From Gnetum montanum (Eukaryota > Plantae > Gnetophyta): a DNA stretch of 64,000 bases. A program made the translations under genes and the position numbers. The notes beneath the pieces are model-generated. The model was not told the DNA's origin and ran no database searches. It was given only the letters and a program-made list of their open reading frames with translations. The DNA is taken from positions 129,327 through 193,326 of the forward strand of contig MNCI01000459.1 of NCBI GenBank assembly GCA_015680685.1. Direction: 5' to 3'. Positions 51,280 to 61,482 of this stretch are shown here, piece after piece (positions within the stretch are counted from its first letter, which is position 1; each line of letters opens with the position of its first letter).

Positions 51280-54200
51280 ATTGGAACGTAAGGTCAGGGC
51301 ATTTCACCAAGGCCCCCACTCATATCACTGTCCTTCACTTGGAAGGGCAACTCAACCCATGCATGTTGGATTTGAGGGTCTACTCATTAGACCGATTCCT
51401 CAATCATGTATTTAATGCATGCATGAATAGGCGCTTCATCTTTAGAGGTTGTAACTTCTAAACCCTATTCCATGCCTACGTTGCTGATTGCTTACGTTAC
51501 TGCCTCATCACCATGGATTATCACCTCTTTACCCATGTATGGTAAGTGGATTTCCTGGTGTATAGGCGAGGAGACAGCCCTGAATTGTGCTAACCAAGAT
51601 CTTTCCAAGATTAGGTTAAACTCGGACATTTCTTTGACCACAATGAACATTGGGTCAATGGGGAACTGGTCCCCTGCTATGAAGTTTACTTGAACTATGC
51701 CCTTCACTAGGACGCGTGCTCCATTGAAGGACCTTAGACACGATGTCTCCGTTGGTTTAATCTGATCGACCAATCCCAACTTATCTATAATAAGGAAGGA
51801 AATGATGTTTGTGGCAGCCCCATCATCGATGTGTACCCTTCGGATCCAATGTTGGCTGACCTGAATTGTGATGAAGAGGGGCACCGTAGTCACTTGACCC
51901 CCTTCGGGATCTTCCTTAATGGCATCACTGTTGAAAGTTAATTGAGGTATTGCAGACTCCATGAGTACAGAGGGGAGTATGATAAAGTGGATCATCTCCT
52001 CTTCCGCCAACATGTTTTCATTGACCGGAACACTGTTAACATGCGAACCAGAGCCTCGCAGTGGGGTGCAGATGTCATGACTAGTTTCTACAAGCGTAAT
52101 GTAGCATTTTTCTATTTTAGGGCTTTCCTGACCTAGGTGAGGGCATCCAAGAAGTCTTGGCCGCCTCCCTATTTGACACTTTCCTCCTCTTCGATGCATC
52201 CTAGAAGGCGAATCTCTCAAGGAGAGATGACCTCGGACCTAGGTTAAGATCCTTATTGGCAAGGTAATGCAGTTTGTATAATCATGTCGATCTTCATCTT
52301 TAGTGATGAAGATGTAAATGCGGGGGGAAAAGGCATGGGTTTGGGAATACCCTTGATGGTACTTCCCCTTGACATTTTCCCACCAAGCAGGCTTCTCACC
52401 TTATGAGGCGAGGAGGTTGTTTAATGATGTTGCACAGGATAGGGGCCATTGAAAACATTGGCCCCTTGATGATGAATGGAGCTAGAGGTGTTAATTGATG
52501 AGACTGCATGGCTTCGCCAGTAGGTTATACGAAGGTAGATGCCCGTGGTGGGACTTTCAAGATAAAGGACGGCTATGAGCTCAGACCAACCATTGGTGGT
52601 GTTGGTGCACTACACTGAGGCACACAGATCACCAAAGGCTGGAGGGGTGGCATGGGATCATTGTCAATGTTGATGGCATTGATTACATAACCGATATTGC
52701 TGGCATTGAGGGGATCTATGTAGACATACATACATTGATTTTTAGGGCATACTGGGTTGCTTTCATCCAGCATCAGCTTCCCTAGATCAATCAACATTTG
52801 GATGTCATCTTGCAATGATAGACAATAATCCATGGAGTGACCACATAGTTGGTGGCAGTCATAAAACTTGTCCAGCTTGAAACCCCTAGGGACTAGAGGC
52901 TCATTGGGCAGGGCCAAAGAGGGATTCCTAATGAGCTTGCAGTAGCATTGGTGTCTTGCATTTTCTTCTTCTGACATCTACTTGTGTTGGATGTATCCCA
53001 CTACCAATAGTTTCTTTAGGAGTTCTGAAGGTTTAAGAGGCAATGGGATGTATTTCAAGCGATCTTTACATTTAAATTTTGGTTTAGTGTATGAAGACAT
53101 CCCAGGTGTAGATGCAGTAGGTTGCAGTGTTTGGCCCAGTTTGGGCACAGGGTTAGTCGCAGGTAGGGCTGGTTTCTTGTTATTTTTGCTACCATTGCTA
53201 CTAGGCTTAGGTTTGGCCTCAATTTCCACAGTGACCGCTGTGGTTGTTGAGGTCTTACCTTTGTTCATTTTTGCAAAGGTGTTCTTGTAAGCGATGTAGG
53301 CTGGGTCTCTGCTTGCCTCGGCCGCATCTTGTATACTTTTAGTTTGAGCAAAAGCCTGACTCAGAGAGTGTGGGATGAGGTAATATAGTTTGGACTTGAT
53401 GAATTCATTTACTGCACCTTTAGAGATGACTAACAAGTAAGCCTCCGTGATGGGCTCATGGATTTTGCTAAGGGTCGCACTTCAACGTTGGATAAATTTT
53501 TGGACTGGTTCTACTGGGTCTTGTTTCATGCTCATCAGTTGGTCTAGAATGGTTTTTGACTTCAATATATACTTGAAGTGTGTCATGAACTAGGTCAAGA
53601 GTTCTTCCAATGTTGAAATGGATGAACGTGGAAACACGTGGTACCAATCTAGGGCTTTTCCAACTAGAAACATGGCGAAGACACGAATGACTGTGTGTGT
53701 CCATTGTTTCAATATCAAAGACTTTGACTGAAAGGTGATGAGATATGTGTTGGAATCTCACTTCCCATCGTACTTCATGAAGTGTGGGAGAGGCATCTTG
53801 GCTGGTAATGCTAGAGCAAGGATTGTAGGGCTAATAGGGTCATCCTAGTAAAAGTCCATGACTTGTACTGTGTTAGACCTAATAGCTTTGAGGTGTTGTA
53901 TTTCCTCAGTAAGGGTCTGAATGAGCTGAAATGCTTGGTCTAGACCCAATAATGTTGTAGATGGTTGAGGGACCTCAGATGCAGTTCCCATATGTGGAAT
54001 GGTGGCGGTGACAAATTGACCCATTGGCGATGCCGTTGGGACCATCCCTGCTAAAGGTGCTACCAAATAGATGGTTTGGGTCATCGACGGGACATACCAT
54101 GGCCCCGGGCTAGGATGTACCACTTGCGGGGTTGGGTAAGTTTTAGGGCAAGCATAATAAGACATCTGTGATGGTTGTAGAAAAAATGGAGAGGAAAACA

Positions 54201-55038
54201 GGGTCCACCACATGGATGGGCCTAGGCCTATTATTATGGGTGGAATAGATGCAAGAGTAGGAATTGACATAAAAGTAATCTACGATTGTAGGGTAGGTAC
54301 AATATGAATATGCGGTCAGGTAGCAATGATAGGCATGCTACGCATTGTAGGGATGCATTGATGAACAACTTGCGGTGGTATAGTTTCTATGAATGCAACC
54401 AGGAAATAAGGATGATGATATGTCGGGAATGTAGCATGGCTCCCCATTGCAATTGCAGTTGTAGGTTGTTGAAGCATTGGTGTGATGACAAAGGGAGTAG
54501 TGACAAGTAGCAGGTTGGCCCAGAAGGACTAGGTAGGTTGGATAGGAATGGGGTTGGTCGAGAAGGACTAGGTAGGTGGGACAGGAATGCGGTTGGCCTG
54601 ACCTCCCTCGTCAGATTGGGAATCGAGTTCCTCTTGTCCATATTGAAAGGTGTCATCCTGGTTGGATGCTGTGTCTTGTTGCTCCCTAAGCGTGGTCAAC
54701 TGGATTAGTTGATCTAGAAGCCTTTGGTACACTTGCATTAAAGGAAAAGAAATGCTAGGGGTGGGAATGAATTCCTTCCCATTATAGTAAGCGAACTCAA
54801 AGCTACATTTTTCTTCGAGTTCGTGTAAATCCAAGGGTAGATTAGCCTACACCTTTGCACAAAGAAAACTGTAATGCTCATGTTGCTGGGCCAGTCCTTC
54901 AGGTCCTTGGTTTTGGATTCTGAGGGACTGGTGTGCTTCCTGCGTTGGATTCAGCAGTTGTTCAGCACTAGTAGTTCCTTGGACCACAAAGGGCACCTCC
55001 GCGTTGAAGGTGTCAACAACGGTGCTGGTGGAGGCCAT
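51280..55038 (-). pseudogene. gag: gag-aspartic protease of element C, disrupted
   Basis: ATG at 55038 (MASTSTVVDTFN); FIKSKLYYL (52978-53436); YDCHQLCGHSMDYC (52573-52977); RRVHIDDGAATNI...FNLILERSWL (51492-51900). Confidence 0.92.
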
Positions 55039-55109
55039 TGCTAAGCAAGTGATTATGCAAGAAATTAAAGAAGTGAAAAAGAATAGAAGGATCACAAAAG
55101 AAACCAAAG

Positions 55110-55830
55110 ATGGCTTTACATCTTGCTTGATTCTGAAGGAACTATTGAGGCGACTGACCTGCACCACACAAGGCGCAAACAACCTCAAAGGGTGTCACAT
55201 TTATGCCTGTGTGAGCTAGGGTGTAGAGCACATGCAAGACTACTATAAAAGGAAAGGCAAGTTAAATAACTGTCAAAAGGCTTTATGTCTCGTAGGGTTC
55301 TAGAGGAACCATCGAGGAGACAGATCTACACCGCATGACACGTAAATAACCACAGATGGGTGTCAAGTCTATGCTAATGCCAGCCAGGGTGTGGAAGGCT
55401 TACAAGACTACCGTAAGAAGAGAAAATTAACTAGTGACCAAGTAGGCTTTATGTCTCGCAGGATCCCAGAGGGACCGTCGAGGCGACCGGTCTGTACCAC
55501 ACGGGATGGGGTACAAAACGCAGGCAAGACAACCATAGGATGACAAAGCTAACTAGCAATTAGGCAAGCTTTATGTCTCGCAGGATCTCAGAGGGACCGT
55601 CAAGGTGACCAGTATGTACCACACAAGATGGGGTGCAGAACACATACAAGACAACTTTAGAATGAGCTAGTTAACTGGTGATCGGAGGCCTTGTGTTCTA
55701 TAGGGTTCCCGAGGAATCATCGAGGTGACTGATCTACACTGCAAAAAGTGCAAACAACCGCAAGAGGATGTCATTTTTACGCTCGTATGTACTAGGGTAC
55801 AGAAGGCTCACAGAACTACTGTGACATGTA
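55110..55830 (-). repeat. 5' UTR tandem repeat of element C (~5 copies, ~120-170 nt)
   Basis: ggctttaygtctcgyagg...gaggcgacyg.tctryaccac at ~55113, 55278, 55445, 55568, 55687. Confidence 0.8.
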
Positions 55831-55846
55831 GCAAAGGAACCAAAAG

Positions 55847-55864
55847 GCCCTCCTTCTAGTGCCA
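55847..55864 (-). promoter_or_regulatory. Primer-binding site of C (tRNA-Asn type)
   Basis: Minus strand TGGCACTAGAAGGAGGGC, 6 nt inside the LTR boundary. Confidence 0.85.
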
Positions 55865-55870
55865 GAAAAC

Positions 55871-57562
55871 TGTAGCGATCGAAAACTTTGGTGGCTGGAA
55901 TAACACTGGGGTCGGCGGGCATAATAGTTCCAACCTCGTATTTGCAGGACGGATGTGCTGGATGTGTGTGGACACAGGGTGCCCTGAATGGTCTGGTCGA
56001 TTAGACAAGGACTTACATCAGCATTAATATAGCCTTTTGCAAAGTAAATAATGCGAAATGTGAGATAATGCTTAAGGGCAAATGAAGTGGGGCAGAAACT
56101 GTAAAAATGAGATAGTAATACGAGGTAATGCTTAAAGGTGAACAAGATAGAAAATAATGCAAAAATGAGATAAAAAATAAGAGAAAAAGTAAAATGTGAT
56201 TAGAAACATGCACTGCTCCAAAGCTACAAACTTTCTCGGTCATAGTGGATACAATCAACTGCATGGCGTGATGGAGTGCAGAAATCCCGAGGGTAACCAA
56301 AGCATGCTAAGCAAAGAGAGCTATGTGCTTGGGCACAGACTTATGTACAAGTAGTACAGGGTTCTACCAAGGTGGTAGAATGGAGACAGGGACCTCGCAC
56401 TAGCCGAGAGAGACCCGCTGTTTATAGTATTAGACAAGTGACTTTGATATTACAATGCTGGAGAGAGGGGAAATCTTTGTTTCAGAATTTCAAAGTTCCC
56501 ACCACTTGGAAGCTTTCTGCTTCAATAAAGATGCCAACTATTTTGAAATTTTTAACTTTTAAAAATTGCAAACTCTTTAAAATTGCAGGGACTCTTGCAT
56601 GCTGTTTCTCGGGATATTTATAGGACCGAGGGCATGTGAAAGGGGTGGTTTGAATGTTACGTGCCTTGGGCCTTGGTCATCTTGCTGGCATCATGCATGT
56701 CATTTATGACTATTGGACCTACAATACTATTGTGATGTGATCTTGTATGCAATAACTGTAATCCTACTGTGCTGTAATTACATCGTCAGCATTTGGAGGT
56801 ATGTGCCAATGGTTCGATTAGGTGGAGTGCATTGATGTTGCACACCCACCTGTATGCCTTGTTGTGCTTTGTGACATGGCATGTTTGGCATAGCGTACCA
56901 CTTTGTGGCATGTCTTGCTATATGTCCCATGCTTGCTACGCTATGTAGCATAGCGTAGCGTAGCAACTTTCCTTAGTCGCAAAAGCTTTGCTATATTGCA
57001 AACCTTATCTCCTGCGATGCAAGTCTCGCGAACTCCATTGACTCCACCTTTCAAACTTTCTTCTGTCTTTTCTGCAGGATTGCTACACCTTGCTATGCCA
57101 TGTAGCTCAACATAGCGTAGTAGCAGACATGGTCCACCACTTCCTGATGAAAAGGGACGTCACTGTAGAACTTGAAATTGGATGAGGGGAGTGGGTAATG
57201 AAGTCGTTGCCATGCTACGCTGTGTGTAGCATAGCACTTCATTCTACCATCTTCTTCTGGAGCTTGCTATGCTACATAGTGTAGCAGGCTTCGTGAGTTA
57301 GAAAAATTGCCAAACTATTTCTTGCACATCCAAAATGCTACTGCTGATTCCACACACCCTTGCTAAGCAGGTTGACGGCTATTTAGGCTACTTTGGTGGG
57401 TGGGTTGGATGGTACAAAACTTGTCCATGCTCAAAGTAGAAAATTTTCTGAACTGGCCGACTTGGACTTAGAACATTCTCCTCCCAATGAACTACCACAC
57501 TGTTGTGCGGACTGCAAGAGCATGGTGAAGCAAGGATGACCCCGCATTTTTAAGGTGTTTCA
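55871..57562 (-). repeat. 5' LTR of element C (~1.7 kb)
   Basis: Direct repeat of 35041-36591 plus 39435-39584; TG...CA termini. Confidence 0.95.
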
Positions 57563-57804
57563 ATGTGGCGACATGCTACTATGATAAGTTGAATCTTTTC
57601 AATGACTCTAGACTTCATCCTACAAGCACAACTCCAAGAGGATAAGAAAACCAAGCAAAGAAGACATGTTATTACATTACATTACATAAGGTCACATAAA
57701 ATGATTAAATCAAGCTGCCATAGGTGACATATGTTACAAAGCTCAGCAATTTCCTCCTTGAGCAAAATAGGTCATGCAAGCTTGCTTATTGTTTGATATG
57801 AATG

Positions 57805-59687
57805 TTGGATACATGAAGTAAGGATTTAAATAGTAATGATTAATTGGATTGGCTAACTTATTCCAATCAATATTTGCTATTTGAAAGGCTCTATTTCCAT
57901 AGGCCTTGATGACCAAGAAAAATCCTTCCTAGTTGGCTAAGAATTTTTTTGCATGCTCACAAACAACCTTGAGTACAAGGTCTCCTTTCTTGATATTATG
58001 CTTGATCAATTTATGATTTTTTTTCACTTCTACCTCTCTTGATATCACTCAATGTGAGCAAGCATCTACACCTATTGCTCCTCCATTAACTCTAGGTTCA
58101 TGATTCATAGCTCCTTACTTTTTTCATCATTCATGAAGTCTAATAAGGCTACTTGGATCGATTGCACCTACAATTCAAGAGGTAAACTAGCTTTAGAACC
58201 ATAAACTACACTATAAGGCATTACGTTGGTTGTAGTTCGATATGTAGTTATGTAGGTTCAAAGTGCATGGATAAACCACTCATGAAACTTATGTTTACTA
58301 TTGTTTAACATCTTCTTAAGCAAGTTTATGATGGCTTAATTCATTGCTTCAACTTGTTCATTAGCTTTAGGGTAATAAGGTAATGAAAAGAAGTGCTTAA
58401 TGACTAGGTGATGACAAAATTTTTTCATTTCTTGGCAACTAAACTATGGTCCATTATTTGTGACTATGATCATAGGTATGCCAAAATGGGCTATTATGTT
58501 ATTAAGTATGAATTTATAGACTTGTTTAGATGTTTTCATCCTCAAGGAAATGGCTTCAACCTACTTCATGAAGTACTTTGTTGTGGTGATGCAAAAGCTA
58601 TGCCCTATCAATGACTTAGGCATTATAGTTCCAATGATATACAAAGCCCATCATTAAAATAGCCAAGTTATTTATGTAGTGTGTAACTTAGTTGGTAGTA
58701 CATATATAAGATTACTATGTTGTTGCCACATGTTACAAGTTTTAACCTTCTATAGGCAATCACTTTTTATATAGGGCCACTAATACCCTAACTATCTAAT
58801 TTTAGTAGTCATAGCTCTAGGTCCTATATGTCCCCCACATAAACCCTCATGAACCTGCTCTAGGACTATTCAGGTGTTAGATTTTCATAAGCATACTAAT
58901 AATATGTCATTGTAGGACCATCGACATAATGTGTTATCATCTACAATCATATACTATTTTGATCATTTACTTACATCATCCTTTTGAATAGTAGTCAAGC
59001 CTTGTGAAGGTTTACCATACATAAGATAAAACCTGATATCATCATATGACTCCTTTGGGAGAGTAATACGAATTACAACCATAAAATTATCCTCGGTGCT
59101 CTACATGATGGACATAGCATAGTCCATAGTCAAGGTGGGCATCTTGCTAAACACATATGGCATCACACTATGGGCCAGCATTATAATAACATTGGATATA
59201 GTATTCTCTATTTAAGGCACATGTTGGATATCAATGTTTGTAAATTCTTACATTAGTTTCTTTCATAAGTCATAGTAAGGTTGCAAGTGTTTGGCTATAC
59301 ATGAATAAACCTTAGCTATGTGGATCACCACAAGTTGTGAATCACCTTTGATCATTAAAAGCTTGATTCCTAGATCATGAGCTAATATCATTTCTCTGAT
59401 CAAAACCTCATACTATGCTATATTTTTGGTACATGGGAACTCAAATTGGTAAGTGAAGGATTTGATTTTACCAAATGGAAATGTTATGATGGTAGTGACA
59501 CTAGCTCCATAGGTAGTTGAAGCTTTGTCAAATTTCATGGCTACCTCATAACCCTTGGGCACATGGCTAACAATGTTAACATGTTCATCTAGAAACTCAA
59601 GGTCAATAGTTTCATGGTCATCAATTGGTGAAATAGTTACTTGTATAGTTATAGCTTGACCTTTCGTTGAGGCTTGGAAAATGTAAT
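57805..59687 (-). pseudogene. pol: Element E: highly decayed RH-end/aRH/integrase remnant of an older Tat element, interrupted by D
   Basis: QASTKGQAITIQVTISPIDDHETIDLEFLDEHV...MKFDKASTTYG matches the B and C linker-aRH; HEGLCGGH at ~58830-58850; EG-F and NPINH-like C-terminus at ~57840-57935. Confidence 0.82.
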
Positions 59688-61014
59688 TGAAACACCACAA
59701 AAATTTTCTAAGTGTTGTCCCGGCGTACACGCCCAGCGTACATGCCCAGCGTACATGCCCAGCGTTCACGCCCCGCGTTCACGCCCAGCGTACACGCCCA
59801 GCGTGCATGCCCAGCGTGCACGCCCAGCGTTCACGCCCAGCGTACACGCCCAGCGTACACGCCCAGCGTTCACGCCCAGCGTTCACGCCCAGCGTACACG
59901 CACAGCGTACGGCAGGGACGCTCGACGACAGGGTTTCCAAGGGCAACATAAAGGTTACGCCAGAGAGCAAGGATTGAAGCAAGTGGACAATCTGTCGGCG
60001 TCTACGCCCGGTGTTTACGCCCGGCGTATACGCCCAGCGTGTACGCCCCAGCGTACACGCCAGCATGTAATGTTTACGCCTGGCGTGTACACCCAGCGTA
60101 CACGCCAGCTTGTAATGTATACGCCCAGCGTATCCTGAGTTTCTAATTTCTAACGCCCGGTCTATACGCCACGTGTCGATTCGGTCCGATATTCCCGGTA
60201 ACCCTACCTCTATAAATAGCCCGTTGCTCCATATTCATGGGGGCGCGAAAAAATTCACCAGAGAGCTGACGCAGAGCAATTACGCTGCTGAAACCCTCTA
60301 CTCCCACGCTGCACGCTGTACGCTGCACGCTGCACGCCGCACGCTACACGCTCCATGCTGTACGCTGCATACTGAACTCAGTCCACGCCTCGCCCACCGT
60401 GTCCGCCGACTACATCCTTCCGTTCACCGGGGCTTTACGTCCGCCTTGTGTCCCCCACACAACTGCGTTAGACCGGTGCACAAAACTTTAATTCCATGAT
60501 TTATTGTTTGCATTTACAGCAATTTCTTCTTACAGTTTTATGTTAATTTCGCCCACTATTCACGCCATTTTACGCCCCGCACCCGTTCACTGTTTACGTT
60601 GTCATGCCTGCACGCTCACGCTGTGTACTTTTCACTGTTTACGCTGTTACGCCTGTACGCTCATGCTGTGTACATTTCACTGTTTACGCCATCACGCCTG
60701 TACGCTCACGCTGTGCACATTTCAGTTTACGCTGTCACATTCACACGCCCGCTCCATAGTCACTTCTGTTTACGCTGTGCACGCCGTGTACGCCCGATCT
60801 GTTGCTTACGTCCTGTTTACGTATAACCCAGCGTATAACGCTTCGGCGGCGCTCGGGGAAGTCCTCGTTTGATCCGCGTGCGGACCATTCGAGGCACTCT
60901 GCCTTCGTCCTTTCCAGCTTGCCCTCAAGCGGAGGCAGGGTCAACTGTGCTCATCTGCATCCCCTTCGGTGCTCGTCACGTTCCAGCCTCGCACCGACGA
61001 TTTCGGTCAGCACA
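59688..61014 (+). repeat. 5' LTR of element D (~1.33 kb)
   Basis: TGAAACACC...CAGCACA; TATAAATAG at 60211; U5 similar to the other LTR ends. Confidence 0.9.
59720..60132 (+). repeat. 13-bp GCGTACACGCCCA tandem repeat in the U3 of D
   Basis: About 14 consecutive units at 59722-59910 and looser units at 60000-60132. Confidence 0.95.
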
Positions 61015-61019
61015 GTTTT

Positions 61020-61037
61020 TGGCGCTAGAAGGAGGGC
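61020..61037 (+). promoter_or_regulatory. Primer-binding site of D (tRNA-Asn)
   Basis: TGGCGCTAGAAGGAGGGC, 5 nt after the LTR end. Confidence 0.92.
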
Positions 61038-61482
61038 CTTCGTCCAAAGACTGCACGTTTATCAGCGTCTACGCTCGTCAGCGTGTACGCTGCCCTGCTT
61101 AAAATCGACGTTTACGCCAGTAAACCCCTCGGCGTATACGCTACCCTAAACCCTAGCGTGTGTGCTACGCACTTACGTACGAGCAACGTACACGCTGATT
61201 ATTTACGCCAGCGTTCACGCTGCCTCCCTCAGCGTTCACGCTGGTCATTTACGCCAGCGTTCACGCTGCTTACCTCAGCGTTCACGCTGATCATTTACGC
61301 CAGCGTTCACGCTGCACAAACCCTAGCGTATATGCTACACGATTACGCCAGCGTCTAGGGCTGCATATCTCCTTAGATCGGCGTTCACGCTGAACACTTA
61401 GCGTCTGTGTCGCCCATAGACCAGCATCCACGTTACGTACTTGCGCTTGAATCATATTTTTTAACTTGCATAATTAGTAATC

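Larger units (their letters stand above)
35041..57562 (-). mobile_element. Element C: full-span Tat-group LTR retrotransposon with TSD ATGTG and nested insertions
   Basis: ATGTG at 35036-35040 and 57563-57567; matching LTRs at both ends; PBS 55847-55864; PPT 39585-39598; gag-PR and pol on the minus strand. Confidence 0.97.

Noticed and set aside
59674-61358. Many overlapping short ORFs rich in H/A/Q/R/T/P
   Set aside because: Translations of LTR and UTR tandem repeats that lack stop codons.
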